From Kiritimatiellia bacterium (GTDB lineage Bacteria; Verrucomicrobiota; Kiritimatiellia; RFP12; UBA1067): a stretch of DNA of 64,000 nt. Numbering within the stretch: position 1 is the stretch's first letter; the number at the start of each line of letters is the position of its first letter. The DNA is taken from the NCBI GenBank assembly GCA_050949565.1, contig JBMNFY010000017.1, positions 1,408,001 through 1,472,000 of the forward strand. The letters are read 5' to 3'. The translations under genes and the position numbers were made by a program. Shown piece by piece: positions 48,382-61,276 of the stretch. The notes beneath the pieces are model-generated. The model was not told the DNA's origin, ran no database searches, and saw only the letters and a program-made list of their open reading frames with translations.

Positions 48382-48518
48382 AAGGGGCGGCCGTCTAAAT
48401 AGTCGATGCTGGACCGTCTAAATACCTGTCCCTTAGTCGTCTGTTTTGTTCCGCACGCACACGGAGGTGCGTGGGTACGGGAAGGGGCGGCCGTCTAAAT
48501 ACCTGTCCCTTAGTCGTC
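48382..48518. repeat. Short direct repeats AAGGGGCGGCCGTCTAAATA / CCGTCTAAATACCTGTCCCTTAGTCGTC
   Basis: CCGTCTAAATA occurs 3 times; the 28-mer occurs twice. Confidence 0.75.
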
Positions 48519-48627
48519 GCACAGCCCATCGCGGGCTTTGCCCGCGCACGGGAGCGAAACACGTTGACTGCAAAACAGAAGGCATTTATGATGGCTGCGT
48601 AACTGGTATTAGTTTGAGGAGTTTAAA

Positions 48628-50538
48628 ATGAAAAGAGTGATGATTTCTGCGGTTGCTGTCATGATGGTTTTCGCCGCGGCCGCCCAAGATTCCGGGAAGG
48701 CGCGGGCACCGGTCCGCAGCGAGATCGGTGATGTGCGGCTCAAGGGTTTTCTCGGCGAGCGGCTTGATCTGATGATCGAACGTCATGTGATCGGAACAGA
48801 TGTCGATTACATCACCGCCGTGTTCCAAGAAAAGACCGAGACCAAGCGCTGGTGGCAGACGGAATTTTGGGGCAAGTACATGCACTCTGCCATGCCGTAT
48901 CTGCAATACACCGGCTCCGCAAAGCTGAAGACGGCTGTCGACCGCGGCATCGAGCGCATGCTCGCTTCGCAGGAGAAAAACGGTTACATCGGCAACTATC
49001 CGGATGAGCTGCGTTGCGGCGAAGGGTGGGACGTCTGGGGCATGAAGTACACCATGCTGGGGTTCTTGCACTACTATGACGTGACGAAGTCGCAGGAGGT
49101 TTTGGATGCGTGCAAGCGGCTTTGCGATTACGTGATTGCAGAGCTGGGGCCGGACGGCAAGCGCGGCCGGCGCCTGTATCAGACCGGCAACTGGTCCGGC
49201 TATGCCAGTTCGTCGATCTTGGAGCCGGTGATGTGGCTCTATAAGCGGACGCAGGACAAGAAGTACCTCGATTTCGCGACCTACCTCGTCAAGGACATGA
49301 CCGAGGTGGAAGACGGCCCGCGGCTGCTCGACCTCGCCCTGAAGGGCATTTCCGTGGCGGATCGCAACGGTTACGGTAACAAAGCCGAAGCTCACGGCGG
49401 CTACGTGATGAAGCACAACCGCTGGAAGGCCTACGAGATGATGAGCTGTTATCAGGGTATGCTTGAGTACTTCGAGGTGACCGGGCGCAAGGACCTTTTC
49501 GATGCGGCGGTCATGACGGGCAACGACATTATCAAAGAAGAGATCAATCTCGCCGGCGGCTGCGCGTGCTCTGAGGCGTGGTTCCACGGCGCGCGGAAGC
49601 AACACCTGCCCTATCTGCGGCTTCAGGAAACATGTGTCACAACGACGTGGATGCGCTTTTGCGAAAAGCTGCTCGATATGACGGGCGACCCGAAGTGGGC
49701 GGATGAGATTGAGCGCACATTCTACAACGCCTATCTCGGCGCCATGAAGCTGGACGGATCGGAGTTCGCCGGTTACACGCCGCTTTCCGGCAATCGCTAT
49801 CACGGTCAGCACCACTGCTACATGCACACGGACTGCTGCACGGCGAACGGCCCGCGAGGTTTTCTCTGCTTCCTCAAGGGGTTCTTCCGCACGACGGGCA
49901 ATACGGCGATCTTCAACTTCTATGCATCCGCGCTGGTGAAGAGCGTCATTCCCGAGACCGGCAAGACGGTTGCCTTTGACATGTACTCGCTCTATCCGCG
50001 CTCGAATGCTGCCCGGATCGTCAGTCACACCGAAAACGCCGGCGTGGTTCCGCTCAAGCTGCGCATCCCGAAATGGAGCGAAAAGACGGTTGTTAAAGTG
50101 AACGGCCAGGAGCAGCAGGGCGTCGCGCCCGGAGCATACTTCACGATCGAGCGCGAGTGGAAGCTCGGCGACATCGTTGAAATCTACTTTGACATGCCGG
50201 TCATTGCGCACAAACTTGAGCACAACATCGCTTTTACCCGCGGTCCGGTCCTTCTGGCCCGCGACAGCCGCTTCGGCGATGGCGATTTCACCGAGCCGTT
50301 CCGGCAGGGCATCAAGGATGGACAGCGCATGACAGGGTTCTCCGACGTGCGCACGCCGTCGGGTGATATCTGGATGGCGTTTTCAGCGACGCTGCCGATT
50401 GGCTCGCATCATGAAAACCCGGAAGGGCGACTGCCGAGCACCGTCTTCTTCTGCGATTATGCGTCAGCCGGCAACACCTGGCAGCGCGACAACTACTACC
50501 GCACCTGGTTCCCGGAAGAGTACGGCCCGACGGAGTAG
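48628..50538 (+). CDS. GH127/GH146-like beta-L-arabinofuranosidase family protein
   Basis: EFWGKY, KAYEMMSC, QETCVTTTW, EIERTFYNA, DCCTANGPRG, LKLRIPKW, RGPVLLA; GAGGAG RBS. Confidence 0.88.
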   Translation: MKRVMISAVAVMMVFAAAAQDSGKARAPVRSEIGDVRLKGFLGERLDLMIERHVIGTDVDYITAVFQEKTETKRWWQTEFWGKYMHSAMPYLQYTGSAKLKTAVDRGIERMLASQEKNGYIGNYPDELRCGEGWDVWGMKYTMLGFLHYYDVTKSQEVLDACKRLCDYVIAELGPDGKRGRRLYQTGNWSGYASSSILEPVMWLYKRTQDKKYLDFATYLVKDMTEVEDGPRLLDLALKGISVADRNGYGNKAEAHGGYVMKHNRWKAYEMMSCYQGMLEYFEVTGRKDLFDAAVMTGNDIIKEEINLAGGCACSEAWFHGARKQHLPYLRLQETCVTTTWMRFCEKLLDMTGDPKWADEIERTFYNAYLGAMKLDGSEFAGYTPLSGNRYHGQHHCYMHTDCCTANGPRGFLCFLKGFFRTTGNTAIFNFYASALVKSVIPETGKTVAFDMYSLYPRSNAARIVSHTENAGVVPLKLRIPKWSEKTVVKVNGQEQQGVAPGAYFTIEREWKLGDIVEIYFDMPVIAHKLEHNIAFTRGPVLLARDSRFGDGDFTEPFRQGIKDGQRMTGFSDVRTPSGDIWMAFSATLPIGSHHENPEGRLPSTVFFCDYASAGNTWQRDNYYRTWFPEEYGPTE

Positions 50539-50719
50539 GGAACGCAGAACGCAGAACATCGAACGCAGAACGTATAGCGGTTTGCAGGGACGCGCGAGCG
50601 TCCCTGTTTTTTTTTTGACTGGCGACCGGCGAGGCCAAACTCCTTGCCTATAAATTGACGGTATTTCCCGCTCCGCGGGCACATGTATCCAGAGTTTTCA
50701 GGATTGAACAACATCATGT

Positions 50720-50970
50720 TTTGTGTGTGCGCAGTCGGGAGCGCGGGCGTCCCCGCCCGCTCTGTGAAAGGCCGATCGAGATTCCGATGCGCGGCATCCG
50801 GGCTCGCGGAGCGCCGGGAGGGGCAAGCGTCTGCTTGCCCGCGGACGAGCAGACGCTCGTCCCTCCCCCTGCGGGCAAAACAAAAAAAATCTGCGCAATC
50901 TGTGCAAATCTGCGGATAAAACCGGAAAACCGCAAGACACGTTGTTGCGGGCGAGGACGCCCGCGCTCCC
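50720..50970. repeat. REP-like cluster
   Basis: GGGAGCGCGGGCGTCCCCGCCCGC with inverse partner GCGGGCGAGGACGCCCGCGCTCCC; 50720-50760 duplicated at 55437-55477; includes AATCTGCGCAATCTGTGCAAATCTGCGGAT. Confidence 0.75.
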
Positions 50971-51021
50971 GACTCCCTGTCCTCCTTTTCACCAGAAACG
51001 CATGATTTTCGCCCCCTGTCG

Positions 51022-51975
51022 CTAACCAACTCCGCGCGTAGCGCGGCGACCGCCCCACTTCTTCGATGCGTTTTCGCGGATCCAGGCGCGGGAGACGTTC
51101 ACGGCATCAAGATTCATGTCCACGAGCGGGGTGCAGTGGAAGATCAGCCCGTCGATCGCTCCGGCGGCGAGGAGCCGCGAGGCCTGCGCGAGTTGGTTTT
51201 CCATCACCGCGCCCGGCATCTGTTTGCGGCCGCCGAAGTCGTACATGTATTGCCCGAGCAGGATCGGCTTCTCCGATCCGATCAAATCCCTGAGTTTCTC
51301 GACCCGCGCCTCAATGGTGCCGACGTTCTTACCGTGCCAGAACCAGAATGTGACTTCGTCGCAAAGGTCAAGGACGCTCTTGAATTCGGGCTTGATGTCG
51401 TTCGCATCGGAGTAGAGCACGACACCGAGCTTCATGCCGCGTTCGCTGGTACCGCGCTGTACTTCACGAATCGCGTCGAGCGAAAGCCCGTAGCCCTTGT
51501 AGCTGAAGAAATCATCCATGATGAGCGTCGTCAGGTTCGGCATCTTGTCGGCGTACTCGAAGCCCAGCCTGACCTTCTCCTCGAAGCTCTCTTCCGCGCT
51601 GTCGGTGATTGAGAAACCGATCCGCTTCATATTGCGGAACTGCTTCATGTATTCCGGCAACTCCGCTTTCTTGGGGTTGTTCGTCCAGCGGACGACAAAG
51701 CATCCCGGAATGCCCATGGACTTACAGGCATCAGCCATATCAATGCGCGTATCGTAGGGAAGGTTGTACTGCTCCTTGCTACCCTTGAGCGCCTTGAACG
51801 AATCGCGGTGGTGCCCCCACATCCACAGGCGATCGCCGATTGTGTCCCCGTATGGCACACGTCCGTCGCGCCCGACTCCACCGCATATCCGGCACCCGCC
51901 GGTCACCGCCGCCGCAGCCGTGAGAGCGGACACTTTCATGAATTCTTGTCTGTTCATCGAAGCAAAACGCTGCAT
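51022..51975 (-). CDS. Hypothetical exported protein (Tat-like leader, probable TIM-barrel fold)
   Basis: AGGAGG RBS; NRQEFMKVSALTAAAA leader; DRLWMWGH, LIMDDFF, VTFWFW, LGQYMYDF, IDGLIF beta/alpha pattern. Confidence 0.6.
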   Translation of the reverse strand: MQRFASMNRQEFMKVSALTAAAAVTGGCRICGGVGRDGRVPYGDTIGDRLWMWGHHRDSFKALKGSKEQYNLPYDTRIDMADACKSMGIPGCFVVRWTNNPKKAELPEYMKQFRNMKRIGFSITDSAEESFEEKVRLGFEYADKMPNLTTLIMDDFFSYKGYGLSLDAIREVQRGTSERGMKLGVVLYSDANDIKPEFKSVLDLCDEVTFWFWHGKNVGTIEARVEKLRDLIGSEKPILLGQYMYDFGGRKQMPGAVMENQLAQASRLLAAGAIDGLIFHCTPLVDMNLDAVNVSRAWIRENASKKWGGRRATRGVG

Positions 51976-52078
51976 GCTCTTCCTCCTTTTTACAGACGCG
52001 CTACTGACAGCCTGACGCGGAGCAACGCCCGCAGCACCGGCGGCACCCGCAGTATCGGGAAAACCTCCGCGCGCAACG

Positions 52079-53365
52079 CTACGCCAGCAGGCGCGCGGCG
52101 GCGGTACCGCCGTCTTGCGCGAGGGCGTCCACCATCTCTGCGGTGATGCGGATATCCTTGAGCTTGGCGTTGCTCGGAGCCTCGAACATGATCTCCATCA
52201 TCAGGTCTTCCATGACAGCCCGCAGACCGCGTGCGCCGGTTTTGCGTTGCGTGGCCAGCTTGGCAATGCCGCGCAGCGCGTCGTCATCAAAAGCAAGCGA
52301 GACGCCACCCATGGCGAGTAGCTTCTGGTACTGGCGCACCAGACAGTTCTTGGGCTCGGTAAGAATACGCACCAGATCGTCTTCGGTCATCTCGCTCATT
52401 GAGGTGATCACCGGCAGACGACCGACAAATTCCGGGATCAGGCCGAAGCGGATCAGGTCTTCCGGCTGTACAGACAGCGGCGCAGGACGCCCGTCCTTGG
52501 CGGTGGATTTGCGCGTGTTCTTGTGCTGCTCGCCATAGCCGATGGTCTGACGTCCTTCGCGCTGGCGTACGATGGTTTCCAGCCCCACGAAGGAGCCGCC
52601 GCAGATGAAGAGGACATTGCGCGTATTGATCGCGATGTACTCCTGCTGCGGGTGTTTGCGGCCGCCCTGCGGCGGCACACGCGAAATGACGCCCTCAAGG
52701 ATCTTGAGCAACGCCTGCTGCACGCCTTCACCGGAGACGTCGCGTGTGATCGAGACGTTCTCGGTCTTGCGGGCGATCTTGTCGATCTCATCGATATAGA
52801 CGATGCCGCGCTCGGCCTTGGCGACATCCATATCCGCCGCTTGAAGCAGGTAGAGCAGGATGTTTTCGACGTCCTCGCCCACATAACCGGCCTCGGTGAT
52901 GGTGGTAGCGTCGGCAATCGCGAACGGCACATCCAGCAGGCGCGCCAGCGTGCGCGCAAAGAGCGTCTTGCCGCAACCGGTGGGACCGATGAGCAGGATA
53001 TTGCTCTTTTCGATCTCCACGTCTGCGAAAGGATCAGACTTGCCGCCAGTCGGCTGGTTCAAGCGTTTGTAGTGGTTATGCACCGCGACCGCGAGCATTC
53101 TCTTGGTGTGGTCGTGGCCGATGATGTACTGGTCGAGGAATTCCTTGATCTCAGCGGGCGGCGGCACTTTAAGGGCCGGTAGCGTAGACGCATCACTGCT
53201 CTTCTTTTGCGGCGAGTTTTCACTGATGATCCTGGCGCAGATATCGACGCACTCTTCGCAGATGTTCACGTCGGGGCCAGGAATGATCAGCACACCGGAG
53301 CGTGCATTCCTGCCGCAAAATGAGCAGGCCAAGTCGCCTGACGAACTTGAAGAGCGACGGGCCAT
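52079..53365 (-). CDS. clpX: ATP-dependent Clp protease ATPase ClpX
   Basis: CSFCG zinc domain, [42 protein letters not shown]. Confidence 0.98.
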   Translation of the reverse strand: MARRSSSSSGDLACSFCGRNARSGVLIIPGPDVNICEECVDICARIISENSPQKKSSDASTLPALKVPPPAEIKEFLDQYIIGHDHTKRMLAVAVHNHYKRLNQPTGGKSDPFADVEIEKSNILLIGPTGCGKTLFARTLARLLDVPFAIADATTITEAGYVGEDVENILLYLLQAADMDVAKAERGIVYIDEIDKIARKTENVSITRDVSGEGVQQALLKILEGVISRVPPQGGRKHPQQEYIAINTRNVLFICGGSFVGLETIVRQREGRQTIGYGEQHKNTRKSTAKDGRPAPLSVQPEDLIRFGLIPEFVGRLPVITSMSEMTEDDLVRILTEPKNCLVRQYQKLLAMGGVSLAFDDDALRGIAKLATQRKTGARGLRAVMEDLMMEIMFEAPSNAKLKDIRITAEMVDALAQDGGTAAARLLA

Positions 53366-53366
53366 C

Positions 53367-53978
53367 TTATTTCTCCTGCACGCGTTTTACCAAAACCTCG
53401 TCAACAAGCCCGTACGTCTTGGCTTCGTCGGCAGACATGAAGAAGTCGCGTTCGGTATCTTTCGCCAGCGTGGTGGCTTTCTTGCCGGTGTGTGCGGCGA
53501 GGATTTCGTTGAGGCGGTCTTTGAGGCGCAGGATCTCTTTGGCCGCAATGCTGATATCGGTCGCCTTGCCTTCCGCGCCGCCCCAGGGCTGGTGGATCAT
53601 GATACGCGCGTTGGGTAGCGAGTAGCGCTTGCCCTTGGTGCCAGCCGCCAACAGTACAGCACCCATGCTCGCCGCCTGGCCCACGCAATAAGTCGCGATG
53701 TCGCAAGTGACGAACTGCATGGTGTCGTAGATAGCGAGGCCAGCGGTCACCGAACCGCCCGGCGAGTTGATGTAGACCGAGATGTCCTTGGTGGCATCCT
53801 GCGACTGCAGGAAGAGCAGTTGGGCGATGACCAGATTGCTGATCTCATCGCTGATTGCCGTGCCGATGAACACAATGCGGTCTTGCAACAACCGCGAATA
53901 GATATCGTAGGCGCGTTCGCCGCGACCGGTCTGTTCAACCACGATCGGCACGAGAACGCTGTCTTGGGGATTGATCAT
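53367..53978 (-). CDS. clpP: Clp protease proteolytic subunit
   Basis: [30 protein letters not shown]. Confidence 0.98.
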   Translation of the reverse strand: MINPQDSVLVPIVVEQTGRGERAYDIYSRLLQDRIVFIGTAISDEISNLVIAQLLFLQSQDATKDISVYINSPGGSVTAGLAIYDTMQFVTCDIATYCVGQAASMGAVLLAAGTKGKRYSLPNARIMIHQPWGGAEGKATDISIAAKEILRLKDRLNEILAAHTGKKATTLAKDTERDFFMSADEAKTYGLVDEVLVKRVQEK

Positions 53979-53990
53979 AGTGGGCCTCGT

Positions 53991-55283
53991 TTATTTCTTG
54001 GCTGCATCCAGCAGGCTCTGCATGGTCTTCTCGTCGCGGATCCGGGAACGCAACATATCCATGCGGTCGTTCTTTTCGATCTGAGCGCGGATCTTCTCGG
54101 GCGTGGAACGTTGTCCTGCGGCCAGCGTCTGAATCTTGGCGTCGACCTCGTCATCGCTAACCGTGATGCCTTCCTCCTCCGCGATGCGGCCAAGCAGGTA
54201 GCGCAAGCGCAGTTGGCGCTTGGCGGTGAGGGTGGCGCTCTCAATGATTGCATCGCGGTTCTGCTCCAACTCTTCGCGCGTGAGACCGCGGTAATGCGCC
54301 TCGTTCACCACGGTGTCGAGCACGGCATTGATCTCGTCCGCGACAAGTGACTCGGGCAGGTCGAACTCGGCTTTCTTGAGCAGAAACTCGACCACGGTGT
54401 CTCTACGGCGCTGCTCCTCGGCCTGTACCGCAGCCTCCAGCATACGTTTGCGGGTCTGGTCGCGCAGTTGGTCAAGCGTTTCGAGCTTGAACTGCGCCAG
54501 CAGTTCGGCGTCTTCCGCCACCTGACGCGTGCGAACAAGTTTGGGTGTCACAGTGTACACGGCTTTCTTGCCGCGCAGCGCTTCGATCGGATGATCCTTG
54601 GGAAACTTGACCTTGACCTCTTGGGTCTCGCCGACCTTCACGCCAACGAGCGCATCGAGAACCTCTTGGACAAAGCGTCCTTCCTCAATCTGCACCCAGA
54701 AACCGGTGCCTTCGGAGATCGGCTTGGCCTCCTCCGCCAGCGTGTGGATCGGCTGGTCATCCACAAGACCCGTGAAATCGATACTGACCAGATCGCCGGC
54801 CGCGATCGCGTATTCAGGAGCTGCTTCTTCAAATTTGGCAAAGGCTTTGCGCAACTGGTCGAGTTGCTCATCGACCTGTTCTTCGGTGACGGTCGGCTCA
54901 TCGAAAGTGACCGGAATCTTCTTGTACTTCGGCAGGTCAAACTCCGGCTCGGCATCGACCGTCATTGTAAAGGTGATGCCGGTTTCGGGCGAGAAGAGCA
55001 CGTTGTCGATATCGCGCAGTGCCACCATTTTGACACCGGCCTGTTCCAGCGCAGGCTTGTAGAAGGCCTGGAAGAGCCGTCTCTGCACCTCCTCCATAAT
55101 CTGCGAATGGAACTCGCGCTTGATGATCTCGCGCGGCACCTTGCCGGGACGGAAGCCGGGGACGCGTCCTTCGCGCATAAAGACCTTCAGCACTTCGTCA
55201 TAGTCGTTGCGGGTCTCATCCGCCTCGGCCTTTACGATCAGCTTGACCTTACACGGGCCGACATTCTGGGTATCCACTTTCAT
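53991..55283 (-). CDS. tig: Trigger factor
   Basis: VPGFRPGKVP signature, FKBP domain, tig-clpP-clpX order. Confidence 0.95.
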   Translation of the reverse strand: MKVDTQNVGPCKVKLIVKAEADETRNDYDEVLKVFMREGRVPGFRPGKVPREIIKREFHSQIMEEVQRRLFQAFYKPALEQAGVKMVALRDIDNVLFSPETGITFTMTVDAEPEFDLPKYKKIPVTFDEPTVTEEQVDEQLDQLRKAFAKFEEAAPEYAIAAGDLVSIDFTGLVDDQPIHTLAEEAKPISEGTGFWVQIEEGRFVQEVLDALVGVKVGETQEVKVKFPKDHPIEALRGKKAVYTVTPKLVRTRQVAEDAELLAQFKLETLDQLRDQTRKRMLEAAVQAEEQRRRDTVVEFLLKKAEFDLPESLVADEINAVLDTVVNEAHYRGLTREELEQNRDAIIESATLTAKRQLRLRYLLGRIAEEEGITVSDDEVDAKIQTLAAGQRSTPEKIRAQIEKNDRMDMLRSRIRDEKTMQSLLDAAKK

Positions 55284-55585
55284 CCGATTTCAAAACCTTT
55301 CGCTACTTTCGCCTCTTCCGCTATCAAAAAAGTCAGACAGGGTAACATGCCTCCACCCCGAATTCACGCAAAAAAGCACACCGCGCGGTAATTGGTAATC
55401 GTTTAGTAACAAGGAGCATGCGAGTTTAGTGCGTGGTTTGTGTGTGCGCAGTCGGGAGCGCGGGCGTCCCCGCCCGCAGAAAGTTGAACGTTGAGCGTTA
55501 AACGTTTTTTAACTCTGAACGCTGAACGTCGAATGCTGAACGCTGAAGTGAAAAACTCCTAAATCCCAACTCCTAAATTCTCCTT

Positions 55586-55619
55586 CGGGTGCTGATTCAA
55601 CCGGTTGAATCAGCACCCG
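55586..55619. repeat. Perfect 34-bp palindrome after rho
   Basis: CGGGTGCTGATTCAACCGGTTGAATCAGCACCCG equals its own reverse complement. Confidence 0.9.
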
Positions 55620-55622
55620 TCA

Positions 55623-57258
<1,636 letters not shown>

Positions 57259-57284
<26 letters not shown>

Positions 57285-57876
57285 TGGCTTTCTCCATCAA
57301 GAAGCGGTAGACTTTTTTCGCTTCCCTCGCCAACGCCTCAGCATCGGCATCATTATGAACCACGAGATGCGATCGGGCGGCTTTTTCCGCAACCGGCATC
57401 TGCGCGGCGATACGTTTACGGGCCTGTTCATCAGTCAGACCTCTAAAACGCATCAGTCGTTCGCGTTGAAGCGCCTCGTTTGAAACGAGGCAGATGATGA
57501 TATCCCAGTCGTCCGTCCATCCCGCCTCAAACAAAAGCGGGATCACGACAATCCTCAGTGTATCTGAAGGTTCCTCCAGCCAGCGCCGCAGGGCCGTCCG
57601 CACCAGCGGGTGCACAACCGCATTCACCTGCCGTCTGGCTTCCGGATCACTGAACACGCGTTCAGCGAGCACGGCACGGTTGATTCCGCCATGCTCATCG
57701 AGAACGGAGGAGCCGAACAGGCGCACCAAATCAGGCACGGCCGCACCGCCGGGCGCCTCCAGGCGGTGCACCACGTCGTCGGCGTCCAACAATTCCACGC
57801 CTAATTGCTCAAGGGCTCGGGAAAAGAGACTTTTACCGCACGCAATGCCGCCGGTTATCGCTACACGCATGACCAT
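57259..57876 (-). CDS. coaE: Dephospho-CoA kinase
   Basis: [42 protein letters not shown]. Confidence 0.95.
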
Positions 57877-57993
57877 GCAGGATCGTCAACAGGGGATAAA
57901 TAACAGGGGCGGGATGGACACACGTCCATCCCATCCCGTAGTACGTACACTGCTGTTGACCAGCGGCGTCCCGTCCCTTGGGGGACTCAGGCC

Positions 57994-60900
57994 TTATTGG
58001 ACGGCCGCATCCGGTGCCGGTGCCGCGCCACCTTCCGGCGCACTCGGAGCCGAAGGCGTACCCGCCGCCAGCAACGCAGACTCGCCGCCGGTCCGCACCA
58101 CGCGGCCGGCAGGATCCACCAAGCGCGCCGTCACGAATACCAGCAGATTACGTTTGATCGACTGCTCAGAACGGCTCCGGAACAGACGGCCGAGGAACGG
58201 CAGATCGCCGAGGAACGGGATCTTGTCCTCCATCGTCTTGCGGTCTTCCGTGATCAGGCCGCCCATGACGACCGTCGCGCCGTTGTAAACCGAAAGCTGT
58301 GTCTGCACCGAGCGCACATGGAAGAAGGGCTGCTCCATCGGCAGATCGTGTACTCGGCTCTCTGCGACACCATAAATGACTCCTCCAGGAGACTCGCTCC
58401 CAGACCCGCTTACGCACGGCCTCGGAATCTTTGTGCCGTAGTTCTTCCAGACCGGCTCAGAAACCACCTGCGGGTTCAGCAACAGGTTGATCATCTGGCC
58501 CTCAGCCGAAACTTCCGGCACCACCTGCAGGATCACGCCCACCTCGCGCATCTCGAAGTTCTGCGGCTCAACCATGAAGGGACCGGACACCGTAGGTGGC
58601 TGAGGAGGTACTGCTGCCGCCCGATGTATTGACCTCTTGGACTTCAAATTCGGTCGGATAGATGTACTCGGTGACGACCTTCATGATGGCTTCCTGCCCC
58701 GACTTGGTAACCACCTTGGGGGCCGACAGCAGATCCGTATCTGAACGCTGGCTCAGCATGTGCAGGATCATAGAGAGGTCAGCATTGCCAAGGAAAGCGT
58801 TGATACGCATGAAATTGTCGTTGATCCTGTTGCCTTCGCCGGCGATTGCGTTACCCTCGGTGCTCAGGTAGCGCTGACCGGTGCTGTAATTGACGCCATC
58901 GATGGCATCAATGCTTGCGTTGTGATTGGGTGCGAGCACCGTGCCGTATTGGCCGGCACCGACCGCACCGGGCTTCAATGTGGCCCCGTCCCATCTATAG
59001 CCACCCTGTCCGGCTGCGCTTCCGGGACGCGTATAGGGCGCATAGCCCATCAGCGGTGTCTCGCCATCAGCCGCAAACAGCGGGTGGCCCGCCGCATCCG
59101 TGAGCTGAGTCGGCTTGTTGCTGAACTCGCGCATGTTGAGCGCTTTGTCGAGGAAACCGCCAGCGTCGAAGCTGAAGTCGCTGTTCAGCAGCCACTCGAA
59201 ACCGAGCGAGTTGAGGTCTTCCTGCGCGACCTCCACGAAGCGCGCCTCAATCTCGATCAAGCGGGGCGTGACGTTAAGGTCTTCCAGAACCTGCTCAAAG
59301 ACAGCGAGTTGCTCAGCCGTATTGGTGACACGCAGCTTGCCGATGGTGGCGAGGTAGGAGATCGAGGAGCCGTCCGGCCACTTCACGCCCAACTGCTCGA
59401 AGAAGACCTTCCAGTCCTGCTTCTGACCCATGTCCGCCGTCTGCATAAAGGTTGTATCGCCGCCGCCGCCCTGCGGCCCCATCTCGCTGATCGCAGCCGT
59501 TACGCGGTCAGTCAGAGACGAGAGCACGTTGTAAGAGCGGGTCATCAGTTCGGTGTCCGGTTCGTTGGCCGGCACGATCATCACGATGTTGCCGCGGATC
59601 TTGAACTTCATGCCGGTCACGTCGCAGACCAGCTTGAGAGCGTCGTAAAGGCTGATGAAGCGGGCGCTCAACGCCGAGATGGTCGGTGCCCCGCCCGGTG
59701 CCGGAGCGGCAGAGACCGGCGCGAAGGGATCCGGATTTTCCGGGGCAGGAGCAGCGGCGGTCGGGGTGGTGCTCAGCTTGAGCACGAGGTTCACGCCGCG
59801 CTGCTCGAGCGGAATTTCGGGCTTGTCGAAATCCCGGCTGGCCTGCTTAAAGAAGTCCACCGCATCGATAATGGTGGCGGGCGGACGGAAAGTGACTTCC
59901 GGAATGACGATATCGCGCAGCTTCTGCTGGACAACCTGCTCGGCCGTCTTGGTGCCCAGTGGATCGATGGTCGGCTCTTTACTTGTGAGATCGCCGCTCC
60001 CCTTGGGGCGCTGTGCACTATCGATGGCGTAGCGATCCGGCGTCCATGACGCACGCACGTCTCGGATCATCTTGCTGCGAGTGGCTTCAAACTCAATGTC
60101 CGAAACAGTTTTCATGCGGTCGGCGATGCGGTCGCGCAACTCCATGGCCTCAACCTCGTAGGGATGATCGCGCAGAATCAACTCACACTCCTCCATCGCT
60201 TTGTCATACTCGGCGGTGGTATAATACTGGCGCGAACGGCGCAGACGGCGCCGGATCTCGTCACGCTGCGTCTTGTATTCTTCCTCGTTGACGCGGTGCG
60301 AAATGCTGGAAGTATCGGCTTCGACCTTCGGCGGCTGACGCTTCAGTGCTTCAATCATACGCTCGGCCTGCGGATGGCCGTACTCTTTGGCCTGTGCGGC
60401 CAGCGGCAGCGCCTTCTCGACATCGGCCGCCTTCATCGCCTGCTTGGCATCCAGATAGAAGGCTTCGGCCATGCCGGCCTTGGCTTCATCGCGTGCAGCC
60501 TGGGTGGCGGGACGATTGCCGATGAACTCAAGCGCTTGCTTGTATTGATCCCGAGCCAACTCGTAGTCGCCAGCAGCCAAAGCTTTACGCGCGGCCTCCA
60601 GCGAGGCGAAGCCGTGGCTATCGAGCGACTTGCGGCGGATGGTCTCCAACGTCACCAGTTCCGATATCAAGCTGGCAGTGTCACCGTCCTGCTGCGCGAC
60701 AGCCGGAGTGGCAGGCGCGGGGGCCGCAGCGGGCTCAGCCGCCGGTGCGGGCGCAGGTTCTGCCGCCGGTGCAGGCGCAGGCTCTGCCGCCGGGGCAGGT
60801 GCGGGCTTTTCCTCAGCCTTGGGCTCTGCTGCGGGAGCAGGAGCGGGCGCAGGCTTTTCTTCAGCCTTAGGCTCTGCTGCGGGAGCAGGTGCCGGGGCGG

Positions 60901-61195
60901 GTTTTTCCTCGGCCTTCGGCTCTGCCGCCGGGGCAGGCGCGGGCTTTTCTTCAGCTTTCGGTTCCGCTGCAGGTGCGGGCGCGGGCGCAGGAGCCGGTTC
61001 GGCGGGTTTGGCCTCCGCCTTGGGCGCCGCCTCTGCGGCTGGAGCCGCCGGTTGCGCCGCCGCCGGTTTCTTACGCTGCCCACCCAAATCCTGCAACAGC
61101 GCTTCGAGATCATCTTGCGCGTACAGGCCGGTCACGGCTCCACAAGCCATGGCCGAAACACTCAACACTAACAACCACCGTTTACTATGCGTCAT
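57994..61195 (-). CDS. Secretin of a type IV pilus-like system (Amuc_1098-like), one frameshift near 58587
   Basis: IEIEARFVEV, DLLSAPKVVTKSG, EYIYPTEF in ORF 58568-61195 continue as FEMREVGVILQVVP...KIPFLGDLPFLGRLFRS in ORF 57994-58647. N-terminal PAAEPKAEEKPAP repeats and TPR-like helices. Confidence 0.88.
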
Positions 61196-61276
61196 CTGGA
61201 GAGACTCCTAATTTGTGGCAGCATCTTTTCCTTCAACAGGCAATAAAGGGTACCCATATTAGCTTGTGTGACATCA

